Shown piece after piece: positions 11,708 to 24,663 of a stretch of DNA of 64,000 nucleotides; the stretch's first letter is position 1, and the number at the start of each line of letters is the position of its first letter. The position numbers and the translations under genes are program-made. This DNA comes from Malacoraja senta (taxonomy: Eukaryota): positions 62,001 to 126,000 of the forward strand of contig JAXLNO010000477.1 of assembly GCA_038087875.1 (NCBI GenBank), given 5' to 3'. The notes under the pieces are model-generated. The model saw nothing but the letters and a program-made list of their open reading frames with translations, had not been told where the DNA came from and searched no databases.

Positions 11708-13268
11708 TTTATTTCTACGAATCCCAGAATTGTCCGTGTGTTTGTAAGGATGTACATCATTTGCTCAGCCCACATTGCATAATTCAGACCGCCGTGGAAC
11801 TGGTCATGTGCAGTTGGTGAATTCGAGTTCTGTAAAAACGCAAGTTAGTACAATGTGCAAAACGTATCATTTCACTGTGCTGAGGTCCACAGCTGGAACG
11901 ATGTATAATGCGTTGCTTCTGTGAGCCATGAGACATCCCGCTGGGTTCGTGGTGTAGTGGACAATTAAGATGCGAAGGGCATTAGGTTTTAAGCACGTTT
12001 ATTATCACATGTATCAAGGTACAGTCTAAAACTGGTTGTGCCTGCTGTCCAAACTGATCAGATATAACATACACAGATTCAATCAGTTCAAACACGAGTA
12101 CACAGAGTGGTGAGTCTTTGTATAAACACAGAGGGTGGTCAGTGTGTGGATTCGCACAGGGTTTGGTGGGTTTATAGAACGAGTTGCCAGAGGAGATAGT
12201 TGGGGTGAAAACCATCACAAAACTTAAAGACATTTGAACAGGTAGGTGTATAGGAAAGGTTGAAAATGATAATGGCCAAACAAAGCAGGTGGGACTACTG
12301 TTTATGGGGCACGTTTGTCGGTTAGGGTAAGCTGGGCCGATGGTCTATGACTATGTAAATAGATAAAGCAAAGTGGACGGTACAGAGTGCAGAACACAGT
12401 TTTCACCATTGTATCGCATCGTTGTCCATCTGTTTGTTGGACAATGCCCAACACCACAATGGGTTAGAGGCTGTTGTGAGACTAGCCCAATGCCACAATG
12501 GGTTAGAGGCTGTTGTGAGAAAACGCCCAATGCCACAATGGGTTAGAGGCTGTTGTGAGACAACGCCCAATGCCACAATGGGTTAGAGGCTGTTGTGAGA
12601 CAACGCCCAATGCCACAATGGGTTAGAGGCTGTTGTGAGAGAAAGCCCAAAGCCGCAATTTGCCCGTCGGACACCAGCACCACTGCGTCACTAATGTTTT
12701 CTAGGATGATGAATGCATGAAATTGGAGGCAAATTGAACAGTACCCCAACTATGGAGGAATGTTCAGAGGCCTGATAACAGAGGGTAATAAGCTATTCGT
12801 CTGACCCGTGGTGTGCAATTCAGAACTGCCCTCTGACTCAATCATTTCATACCTGAATCATACTCAATCATTTCATTACTCTTCATTTCCCTATTGTCCA
12901 AAACACATGTTCGCCCAGCCATATTTGTACTTGATAAATGAGCAGCACTATCTTCTGGCTAGGAGGTACAGTGTATTCAGATATGTTTGCCAGGATAAAT
13001 TCCATCGTATCTCAGTCATCCAATTCGTATTCGGAAACATTTATCCTTACTAAATTATCCAGCAACCCTTTGTGTATTTCGGTGAATATCCATCCTGTCA
13101 AGGCCTCTCGGAAGCCTATATTTATTGTGTCAATAAAATTACTTGTCGTTGTTCCAAACTGCACAGAGTAGACGGCTGATAAACTGTTGTTCCTTTGGCG
13201 GCCATTTTTGCCGAGGGATAAATTTCGACTTCAGTCTCTGCACCGAGTTGAAGACTCGCATCGTGTTC
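11708..13268 (-). pseudogene. Unidentified gene, copy 0: internal exon 12853-13268 and terminal exon ~11708-11829
   Basis: Acceptor tctttcaag|G at 13269-70 and donor CAG|gtatga at 12851-52. Branch point TACTAAC (11844-50) precedes tgcgtttttacag| at 11830-31. AATAAA at 11708-13. Carries stops and frameshifts. Confidence 0.6.
12430..12650. repeat. 40-bp minisatellite (GACAACGCCCAATGCCACAATGGGTTAGAGGCTGTTGTGA), ~5 copies
   Basis: Direct tandem repeats with a period of 40. Confidence 0.95.
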
Positions 13269-13319
13269 CTTGAAAGATATAACGTCAAAGCAGAACAGTC
13301 TGCGGCCAAGGGGAAAGGG

Positions 13320-14245
13320 GTACCTACAGAGAGAGTGGGACCTCTCATGGATCAGAGCGGTCACCTCTGTTTGGAGCCACAGGAGATGGACAAGATCCTC
13401 AATAAGTATCTCTCCTCTGTATTTATCGAGGAGAAAAACAGTCGGACGGAGGATCTTGGAACAGTCAATGGATGTGTCTTGAGAGCGGTCAGTGTTACCG
13501 TCGAAGGAGTACAGAAGGTTCTATCGTGTATCAAGGTAGACAATCTCCAGGGCCTAATCAGACATATCCGAGGATATTGTACGAAACTAGAGTGGGAATA
13601 GACAATGGGTGCGGGAGAATGCCATTCGCCCCTTCGAGCCAGCACCGCCATTCACTGTGATCATGGCTGATCATCCACAATCAGTACCCCGTTCCTGCCT
13701 TCTCCCCATATCCCTTGACTCTGCTATGTTTAAGAGCTCTATCTAACTCTCTCTTGAAAGCATCCAGAGAATTGGCCTCCACTGCCTTCTGAGGCAGCGA
13801 ATTCCATAGATTCGCAACTCTCCGGGTGAAAAAGTGTTTCCTCATCTCCGTTGTAAATGGCCTACCCCTTATTCTTAAACTGTGACCGCTTGTTCTGGAC
13901 TCCCCCAAAATCGGGAACACGTATCTTGCCTCTATCGTGTCCAATCCTTTAATAATCTTACACGTTCAATAAGGTCCCCTCTCAACCTTCTAAATTCCAG
14001 TGTATACAAACCCAGTCGCTCTATTCTTTCAACATATGAGAGTCCTACCATCCAGGGAATTAACCTGGTGAACCTACGCTGCTCTCCCTCAATAGCAATA
14101 ACGTCCTTTCTCAAAATTGGAGACCAAAACTACACACAATATTCCAGGAGTTGTCTCACCAGGGCCCTGTCCAATTGTAGAAGGACCTCTTTGTTCCTAT
14201 ACTCAACTCCTCTTGTTATGAAGGCCAACATGCCATTAACTTTTG
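13320..14245. mobile_element. Two abutting CR1 fragments: + strand mid-ORF2 (13320-13600) and - strand 3' end (13605-14245); repeated at ~21800-22900, 32490-33420, 40025-40950 and 51270-52200
   Basis: ERVGPLMDQSGHLC.EPQEM..ILNKY..SVF and KVDKSPGPD..YPR on +; RRLRGDLIE...LWNSLPQ...GYGEKAGTGY on -. Confidence 0.88.
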
Positions 14246-16657
14246 CGACAATATCCATGTAATTTATGCATATGAGCAGTACATATTCTCGCACATGCTC
14301 AGCCTCGCGCATATAATTATGCAAATCAGTCAGTGACCTTTAACTTGGAAATAAATCATTCCTGCTTTTGATCCCAACACGAGTGTGTGTGGAGCCATCT
14401 TTCCCCGTCTAATATGTGCTAGTTGTACCTACGCCGTAAGCAGACACATATCAAAACATGGTTGCAGCCGTGAAAGTGAGGATTTTTGGATAAAATGGAC
14501 GCTATGATGATTATGATTTTTCAAGGGTGATGACACACATTCTTGAGGGAATTGAAGGTGTGGTGTGTTACTTGGATGACATCCTCATGTCAGCCCCTGA
14601 CAGACAGACACACGATGAAAGGTTGGAAGATGTACTCAAACGACTTGAAACACACAGTGTAAGAGTGAAGGCACAGAAGTGTGAGTTCTTTCAGAACTCG
14701 GCAGAGTACTTGGGTCATAAGATAGACAAGAATGATCCACACCCCACCAAGGGTAAAGTTGATGCGATCAAGAACGCGCCCACTCCCAGAAACATATCTG
14801 AGATCCGATCCTTTTTAGGATTAGTGCATTATTATGGGAAGATGGTGCCAAATCTGTTCACCTGTTTACATCCATTGAACGAGCTTTTGTGAAAAGATGT
14901 ACCATGGAAGTGGACACGTGAATGTGATCAAGCTTTCAAGTCATGTAAAGCTCAGTTGGCAGAGAGTACAATGCTTGTTCATAAATAAGCCAATGAAGTT
15001 ATCATGTTATGCTCCACCATACGGTGTTGGGGCTGTGACCTCTCATGTGCTAGAAAATGGATAGGAGAGGCCAATAGCATTTGCGTCTAGAACACTCAAT
15101 GTCAGTGTGATAAATTATGCGCAAATAGAGCGAGAGGCTCTTGCTTTCATTTTTGGCGTTAGGAGGTTTCACAAATATTTGTACGGTAGAGGGTTTCTAA
15201 GCGAAACAGGTCACCAGCCGTTGATAGTGAACCCAAATCCAAAAGTACACATACCAACTCTGGCAGCAGCCAGAATGCAAAGATGGGCATTGATATTGTC
15301 TGCATACCAGTATGATATTCAGTATCGTAAGGCAGCAGAGCCCAGCAATGCCGATGTCATGTCTAAATTACCTTTGGAATCAGAGGGTTCTCGTAACAGA
15401 GAGGACTTGTTATATTTCTCTCATGTAGACGAGTTACCTGTCACTTCAGGGGACATTCGGGAGGCTACTCGCACTGATAGACTTTTGTCAAAAGTGCTGC
15501 AAATTGTCGCAAATGGAAGGCCAATCAAATTGCCGGATTCAGAGGCAGAACTGAAAATATTATTTGTACGTAGGAATGAACTCTGAGTCGACCAAGGTTG
15601 TGTCATGTGGCGTGCAAGAATTGTAATCCCTGGAATAAAATTGCTAGGAGATCTTCATGATCAGAATTTGGGAATGTGTCTAACAAAGAGTCTAGCGAGA
15701 AACTATCTATGGTGGCCTGGTGTAGATAAGGACATAAAACAAACTGTGAAAGAGTGAAGCACATGTCAAGTAGTTGGAAAGAATCCACCAACATTACCGC
15801 TACAGCCATGGAAATGGCCGGTTAGAGTGTGGCAAAGATTACTCGTGGACTTTGCAGAGTTAGATGGACAACAATTGTTCATTATGATTGATAGTCACTC
15901 CAAGTGGGTTGAGGTTTTTCCGATGAACAAAACGACATCAAGCAAAACAATAGACATTTTGCGAGGATTGTTTGCGTCCTATGGATTACCAGAGGAAATT
16001 GTGTCAGATAACGGACCTCAATTCTGTTCACAAGAGTTTGCACAATTCATGAAAGGGAATGGTGTAAAACACACCAGAGTAGTTCCATACCACCCCACTT
16101 CAAATTGAGCTTCAGAACGCACAGTAAAGCGTAATTTAGTCAAACAACTGCTGGATCCAAATCAAAAGAAAATACAGTTGTCTCTGTCTCACAAACTGGC
16201 TAACTTTCTGATTACATATCGAAACACACCACACACCACTACTGGTCAAGCGCCAGCTGAAATTTTCTTGTAGAGAAAACCAAGAACAAGGTTTTCACTG
16301 TTGAAATCAAACTTGGCTCAAACAGTAGAAAAGAGACAGGATAAACAAAAAAGTATTTCATGACAGAAGTAGATTAAGGAAAGGAGTGTTGAGTGGAATC
16401 AGAAGTTAAAGGTGGAAAACATCATCACACGTGGGTAAAGTGGTTACCTGGAAGAGTAGTGAGATAGTGCAGACCACAGATATACATGGTCAAGATGTTT
16501 GGAAGTGGGAAGGTGAGAAAAGTACACATTGACCATGTCATGCCTATGCATGCACAGACAGGTTTGCAACCAGATCAATTAGAAGAGACAGATAATTTGG
16601 TTACCACTCAAGTACAGGTACCAACGGATGAACCAGACATTGTGCATGAAGATACCT

Positions 16658-17583
16658 TACCAATTACCAATTACCAAGCACTTTATTTGTCCCCGAGGGG
16701 CAATTTAAACAAACAATACATTTAATCTGTACCGACCGGTCGACCGCATGAGCAGCGACCCGGCAATGGATCGGGTTGTCAGCAGCGATACAATAAAAAG
16801 AACACACAAAAAGGTAACACAGACATCCACCACAGCATTCATCACTGTGGTGGAAGGCACAAAAATTTGGCCATTCCTCCTCCATTTCCCCCCCGTGGAC
16901 AGGACCAGAGTCCAAGTCAGTCCAGGATCGGCTCTTCCTCACCGGAGACCGCGGCTTTAGATTGTTATGGGCCGCAGGCCGGCGGTCAAGATTTAAGGTT
17001 CCCTGCCGCAGCCAGAAGCACCGTAGACTGCAGGGCCGGCGGTCGAAGCTCCCCTCCAGGGGTGATGGTAAGTCCATGCCGGCCCCGCGGTAGAAGTTGG
17101 CCGCGGGCCGGCAATGATGGCTTCTTCTTCTTCCCCCGGGTCCCCCAAGAGGGATCCCGGGCTGTAGACGCCGCACCAGCTGGAGCTCTGCAGACCGCGG
17201 CTTCAGGCTGCGACTTCAGGCTGCCGGCTGCCCCGGGCCAGCGAAACGGAGCGCTCCCCTCCAGCGAGCCCCAGCGAGGGTTCACCCGCTCCACGCCGAG
17301 AGTCCACGCTGCGCCCGCCGCTGAAGCCCGGGCACGTCTCCGGGAAAGGCCGCGCCGATCCTTGATGTTAGGCCACGGGGGAGGCGACCTGGAAAAAGTC
17401 GCCTCTCCATGGAGGAGGCGACCGAAGCGGTTTCCCCCTTACCCCCCCACACCAACCCCCACACAAGACACACGAAGAAACATTAATTACACATTTTAAA
17501 ACATACTAAAAATAAAAAATAAAGTTGAAAAAACTGACGCACTGCTGACATGGCTGCTGCCAAAGCAGCGCCCCCTACAGACC
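16658..17583 (-). mobile_element. GC-rich non-autonomous retroposon inserted in the Gypsy 3' region (U1 only)
   Basis: Interrupts CATGAAGGTACACAAGATAG, which is contiguous at ~36641-36660 and ~44600-44619. (TTACCAA)n tail at the left end. Confidence 0.75.
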
Positions 17584-18006
17584 ACACAAGATAGTGAGGG
17601 TTTGAACCTGCCTGAAAATGGAGGTTCAAGTGTGGTTGACAGTCTAAAAAATTGACTGATGAACTGGAATCTAAGAATGTAGGATAAAAGGAAGACTTGA
17701 CTCGATCAAAAATGAGTCCAAATGTTTCTAAACAGTCAGAAACGTTTGGTCAGAGACGATATCCAGACACAAGGAGAAATCCGGTGGTTAGGTTTAATTT
17801 GTGAAGTTTAATTTGGGAAATGCATAGATCATTGCATATGCAACATATATGCCTGATCCCCTCATTTTATTCAGGTTATATAAAAGAAAACTATTGTAAA
17901 AGATTGTAATATATTCATACCGTTTTTATTATATTCAAAAATGTCAACAATGTTATATTTAAAAATGTCAACAAGGCGATAACGTTTGCATTAAGGTGGG
18001 AGGAGT

Positions 18007-18124
18007 TGTAATAGCGCCACCTTTAGTTGGAGCATTGTATATGATTGAATAAACCACGCTGCAGTCACGTTCCGGTCACCAGTGAGTTAACTTGTTATTG
18101 TGTGTCTGAGCTCAAGATATCACA
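18007..18124 (+). repeat. Gypsy 3' LTR (118 bp); copies at 26435-26560, 37073-37198 and 45031-45156
   Basis: TGTAATA...TATCACA ends, an internal AATAAA, and position directly after the polypurine tract. Confidence 0.8.
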
Positions 18125-18740
18125 GATGGCAGTCAGGGGGTTTGTAATAGATATTGGTCAGTAGTCGGTTACCTACGATGGAGATAGTGAGGCCAAGAAA
18201 CGGTGGGGAGATATTGGAAATGGTCCAGGTGAATTTGAGTGCCGGATGGAAGTTAGTGGTGAAATGGATGAAGTCAGTGAGTTCTGCATGGGTGCAGGAG
18301 GCAGCACCGTTGCAGTCGTCGATGTAGCGGAGGTAGAGTTCGGGGATAGGACCACGGTATCGCCTCGAACAAGGATATAGGCCAAGGCGCGAGCCAATAG
18401 CTATGCCTTGGATTTGGAGGAAATGGGAGGAGTCAAAGTAAAAGTTTTTGAGGGTAAGGACCAGCTCCGCTAGGCGGAGAATTATCAGTAGACGTGGATT
18501 GGCTGGTTCTGTGGTCGAGGAAGAAACGGAGGGCTTTAAGACCCTCCTGGTCGGGGATGGAGATGTAGAGTGACTGGACATCCACGGTGAAGATGAGGGA
18601 ATGGGGGCCTGGAAAACGGAAGCCATGAAGGGGACGAAGACATAGGTAGGGAGGGATTTGACCAGGGGGATAGGATGGAGTCGATGTATATGGAAATTAT
18701 TTTGGTGGTACAGTGGTCGAGGTATGTGGGAATTAAGGAT
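18125..18740 (-). mobile_element. Penelope-like element RT fragment; copies at 26561-27195, 37199-37824 and 45157-45791
   Basis: DVQSLYTSIP, LAELVLTLNNFSF...LQIQGVAIGS, YLRYIDD, NFHPALKFT, PFLD, TNIYYKP. Confidence 0.9.
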
Positions 18741-20204
18741 AAATTAGATAGTTCGAAAGCATTATACTCTGCTGATCAAGAGCTAGTAAATGGGATTTAG
18801 TAATTGGATACTATTGACATAGACCGTTGTTGGGCCTGCTTCTCTGCTCTGTGACTCTGTGACACACGACCCAGTCTTGCACAATTCTCCACATGTGGTC
18901 TCACCGTCACTAGTTATGGCAGGGGTTCTCTACTTTTCCCTTGAATGGGTCGAGTTATAATGAGAGGTGCGGACATTATTCCTTCGTGTGCCGGAGGATG
19001 AGGGACGGTCTTATGATTATGTATAAAATCACGAGGAAAATAGATAAGGTAACTGCACTTTTATCCGGGTCGGGAAATCAAAAACCATCTTAGATATCGA
19101 TATCGTCTGTTTCACATGGACAATCTTAGTCGCAATCATACTACGAACATTCTCGCTCTGATCATAAATATCACTTTTGTCAGATGATTAGCATTGGTAA
19201 GGTTAGGCAACGGTTTACTAATGTGATATGTACCGAGGAATAGTGAAAAGCTTTGTTTTGTTTCCGATCCACTCAGATCGGATAGATCGTGCATAGGTAC
19301 AAACAGTTCAAACTCAGAGGTAGACAAAAGTGCTGGAGAAACTCAGCGGGTGCAGCAGCATCCATCGACCGAAGGAAATAGACAAAGAAACCCTTCTTCA
19401 TACTCAGATACATCAGATGGACCAAGGGGAATGTACAGAATACAGAATATTGTTCGTGATGTTATGATCAATATTGCCTTTTATTTGTACGAATCCCAGA
19501 CTTGTCCGTGTGTTTGTAAGGATGAACATCATTTGCTCAGGCCACATTGCATAATTCAGACTGCCGTGGAACTGGTCATGTGCAGTTGGTGAATTCGAGT
19601 TCTGTAAAAACGCAAAGTTAGAACAACGTGCAAAACGTATCATTTGATTGTGCCGAGGTCCACAGCTGGAACGATGATTGATGCGTTACTTCTGTGAGCC
19701 ATGAGACATCCCGCTGGGTTCGTGGTGTTGGGAAAAATTAAGATGCGAAGGGCATTAGGTTTTAGCCACGTTTATTATCACATGTATCAAGGTACAGTCT
19801 AAAACTTGGTTGTGCCTGCTGTCCAAACTGATCAGATATAACATATACAGATTCAGTTCAAACACGAGGACACAGAGTGGTGAGTCTTTGTATAAATACA
19901 GAGGGTGGTCAGTGTGTCGATTCGCACAGGGGTTGGTGGGTATATAGAACGAGTTGCGAGAGGAGGTAGTTGGGGTGAAAACCATCACAACATTTAAAGA
20001 CATTTGGACCGGTAGGTGAATAGGAACGGTTGAACGTGATCAGGGACAAACAAAGCCGGTGGGACTACTGTTTATGCGGCACATTGGTTGGTTAGGGCAA
20101 GCTGGGCCGATGGTCTATGACTATGTGAATAGATAAAGCAAAGGGAACGATACAGAGTGCAGAACACAGTTTTCACATTGTATCGCATCTTTGTTCATCT
20201 GTTT

Positions 20205-20340
20205 GTGAGACAACGCCCAATGCCACAATGGGTTAGAGGCTATTGTGGGACAACGCCCAATGCCACAATGGGTTAAAGGCTGTTGTGGGACAATGCCCAA
20301 TGCCACAATGGGTTAGAGGCTGTTGTGAGACAAAACCCAA
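20205..20340. repeat. 40-bp minisatellite, ~3 copies
   Basis: Same unit as 12430-12650. Confidence 0.92.
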
Positions 20341-20774
20341 AGCCGCAATTTGCCCGTCGGAAACCATCACCACTGCGTCACTAATGTTTTCAAGGATGAT
20401 GAATGAATGAAGTTAGAGGGAAATTGAACAGCACCCCAACTCTGGAGGGACTGTTCGGAGGCCTGATAACGGAGGGTAATAAGCTATTCGTCTGATCCGT
20501 GGTGCGCAGTTTCAGAACTGACCTCGGACTCAATCATTTCATACCTGATTACATTACTCTTCCTTTCCCTATTGTGCAAAAAAGCATGTTCGCCCAGCCA
20601 TATTTGTACTTGATAAATGAGCCTCACTATTTTCTGGGTAGGAGGTACAGTGTATTCAGATATGTTTGCCAGGTTCAATTCCATCTTATCTCAGTCATCC
20701 AATTCGTATTCTGAAACATTTATCCGAACTAAATTATCCAGCAACCCTTTGTGTATTTCGGTCAATATCCATCC

Positions 20775-21575
<801 letters not shown>

Positions 21576-22697
21576 TGTCAAGGCCTCTCAGAAGCCTACG
21601 TTTATTGTGTCAATAAAATTACTTGTCGTTGTTCCAAACTGCTCAGAGCGGACGGTCTGATAAACTGTTGGTCCTTTGGCGGCCATTTTTGCCGAGGGAT
21701 AAATTTCGACTTCAGTCTCTGCACCGAGCTGAAGACGCGCATCGTGCTCCTTGAAAGATATAACGTCAAAGCATAACAGTCTGCGGCCAAGGGGAAAGGG
21801 GTAACTACAGAGAGAGTGGGACCTCTCATGAATCGAAGTGGTCACCTCTGTGTGGAGTCACAGGAGATGGACAAGATCCTCAATAAGTATCCCTTCTCTG
21901 TATTTTTCGAGGATAAAAAGAGTCGGACGGAGGATCTTGGGACAGTCAATGGACCTTTCTTGAGAGCAGTCAGTGTTACCGTCGAAGAAGTACTGATGGT
22001 ACTACCGTGTATCAAGGTAGACAATCTCCAGGGCCTGATCAGACAGATCCGAGGAGATTGTACGAAACTAGAGTGGGAATTGCGGGAGCCCTCGTTGAAA
22101 TGTACGTGGTCAAGGTGCGGAAGTAGGCCATTCGTCCCTTCGAGCCAGCACCACCATTCACTGTGATCATGGCTGATCATCCACAATCATTACCCCGTTC
22201 ATGCCTTGTCCCTATATCCCTTGAATCTGCTATCTTTAAGAGCTCTATCTAACTCTCTCTTGAAAACATCCAGAGAATAGGCCCCCACTGCCTTCTGAGG
22301 CAGAGAATTCCACAGATTCACAACTCTCTGGGTGAGAAAGTGTTTCCTCATCTCCGTTCTAAATGGCTTCACCTTATTCTTAAACTGTGACCCCTGGTTC
22401 TAGACACCTCCAACATCGGGAACACGTTTCCTGCCTCAAGCGTGTCCAATCCCTTAATAATCTTATACGTTTCAATAAGATGCCCTCTCATCCTTCTAAA
22501 TGCCAGTGTATACAAACCCAGTCGCACCATTCTTTCGACATATGACAGTTACGCCATCCCGGGAATTAACCGTATAAACCATAGCAAGAACGTCCTTTCT
22601 CAAAATCGGAAACCAAAACTGCACACAATACTCCAGGTGTGGTCTCTCCAGGGCCTGTCCAACTGTAGAAGGACCTCTTGGCTCATTACTCAACTCC

Positions 22698-22873
22698 TAT
22701 ATTTAAGAGGGAATTAGATGTGGCCCTTGTGGCTAAAGGGGTCAGGGGGTATGGAGAGAAGGCAGGTACGGGATACTGAGTTGGATGATCAGCCATGATC
22801 GTATTGAATGGCGGTGCAGGCTCGAAGGGCCGAATGGCCTACTCCTGCACCTATTTTCTATGTATCTATGTAT
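22698..22873 (+). mobile_element. Short, young CR1 3' end nested in an older CR1 (U1 only)
   Basis: Nearly identical to 402-580, including the (CTATGTAT)n tail. Confidence 0.88.
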
Positions 22874-23454
22874 TTATGAAGGCCAACATGCCATTAGCTT
22901 TTGCGACAATATCCATGTAATTTATGCATATGAGCTGTACTCATTCTCGCACATGCTCAGACTTGCGCATATAATTATGTAAATCAGTCAGTGACCTTTA
23001 ACTTGGAAATAAATCATTCTTGCTTTTGATTCCTACACGAGTGTGTGTGGAGCCATCTTTCTCCGTCTAATAAGTGCTAGTTTTACGTACATCGTAAGCA
23101 GACACATATCAAAACATGGTGGTAGCGGTGAAAATAAAGATATGTGGATAAAATGGATGCTATGATGATTAGCAAAAATGCTTTGAAAAGCTTTCAGGAA
23201 TCAGTGTTTCAATGCTCAGCGACCGACTAGCTGCATGCATGAGTGGAATGATACGCAGGCCAGTGAGCACACAAAGATAAGATGCTTAAAGATAGCACAC
23301 GCTGAATGGAAACAGATAAAAACAAGTTTTGTTTCGAAAATATTTTTAATAGTAGTAGAAGATATTAGAGATTATTACCAAAGTACGCAGTCGCGCGTTG
23401 CGCTTAAAGCTAAACGATACGTAAGCCATTAAGAGCGACGGGATACGATGATAT

Positions 23455-24245
23455 TGAATGGAATTGATTTGAATTTCCTTTATTGTCATTCAAACAATAG
23501 TTTGAACGTAATTGTGTACCTTGCAGTCAAGACAGAAGAACAGCAACAAAACAAACAATGAACACAATTTAACACAAACATCCATTGTTGAGGGATCTCC
23601 AGGCATCTCCTCACAGTGATGGAAGACAAAAAGCCTTACCTCTTCCTTGCTTGTTCCCCCGCTGCGTCGAGGCGATCGAGGCTATCGATGTTAAAGCCCC
23701 CGCCGGGTGATGGGTAAATCCCGCGGCCGATTCCAAGCTCCCCGAACGGGCCGACTCAAACTCCGCGACCCGGGGCGGACGAAGCCGCCACCCTCCAGTC
23801 CGGCTGTTGCGGGAGCTGCCGAAAATCAGTCACCAAGCAGGGACATGCGAGCTCCCGATGTTACCGTCCACAGGGCCCGCAGCCGAAACCCGCGAAACCC
23901 CGAAGTCGGGTCGCAGCCACAGCGCCACCACAGCCTCCGAAGTCAGCCAGCTCCGCGTTGGGAAGTCCACAGGCTCTGCCACCGGAGCCCCCAAAGTCGA
24001 TTCCAGTTTGAGACCGCCAGCTCCTCGATATTAGGCCTCGGCGCAGACGCAGACGGAGATATGAGAAGGAAAAGGTCGCATCCCCGTTGAAGGAAGAGAT
24101 TCAAAAAGTCTTTCCCCCACTCCCCACATATACACAACTAAATATAAACTAAAACATACGTCTAATAAGACAAAAGAAAACAAAAAAAGGCAAAGACAGG
24201 CGACTGCAGGCGAGCCGCTGCTGCTTCCGGATGGAAGTGGCGGCG
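23455..24245 (-). mobile_element. GC-rich non-autonomous retroposon; copies at ~34003-34795, 41589-42058 (truncated) and 52782-53575
   Basis: (TTGAA)n plus TTTATTGTCA at the left end is the 3' tail on the minus strand. Shares its 3' module with 20775-21575. Confidence 0.75.
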
Positions 24246-24349
24246 CAGGCCAGTTCTTCTTTCCACGTGGCTCCACCACCCAATCTAAAGCTCAAAGAGA
24301 AGCGGGTGGAAGAGTGGAAAATGTTTAAACAAATGTACGAAAATTATCA

Positions 24350-24663
24350 TTACATGACTACTGCCCCATAGAGTATCTCCCTATCAGTACTACAACACAG
24401 TGTGTTATTACATCAGTACTATCCACACTGTCACTCCGTCAGTACAGCCCCACAGTGTGTCATTCCATCAGAACTACCCCACAGCGTGACACTTCATCAG
24501 TAGTATTACACAGTGTCATTTCATCAGTACTACTGCACAGTGTGTCACGCCATCAGTACTACTGCACAGTGAGTCTCTCCATCACTACGACCACACCGTG
24601 TTTAACGCCATCAGTACTGCCCCATCGTGTGTCACTCCATCGGTACTATCCCACAGTGTATCA
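24350..24663. repeat. Degenerate 29-bp satellite (CATCAGTACTACCCCACAGTGTGTCTCTC-like); copy at 34900-35212
   Basis: CATCAGTACTA recurs at ~29-bp spacing. Confidence 0.85.

Larger units (their letters stand above)
10975..14513. repeat. Partial copy ('copy 0') of the amplified segment
   Basis: Colinear with 18741-23170, 37825-41225 and the equivalent parts of the other units. Ends abruptly where the Gypsy RT starts. Confidence 0.9.
14514..18124 (+). mobile_element. Ty3/Gypsy LTR retrotransposon remnant (RT-RNase H-integrase, PPT, 3' LTR), 5'-truncated
   Basis: VVCYLDDIL, RSFLGLVHYY, NYAQIEREALA..FGV.RFHKYLYG, AARMQRWAL.L, IDSHSKWVEV and IVSDNGPQF. A purine tract at ~17992-18005 is followed by the LTR. 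Confidence 0.93.

Noticed and set aside
13320..14245. Twin-priming inversion of a single CR1
   Set aside because: The 3' end of the minus fragment faces the plus fragment, the wrong geometry; two separate insertions explain it better.
16664..17499. Long Pro/Arg/Gly-rich ORFs in GC-rich inserts (also 6935-7513, 23707-24090 and 43571-44304)
   Set aside because: Several frames are open on both strands because of GC content, no domain motifs are present, and frames differ between copies.
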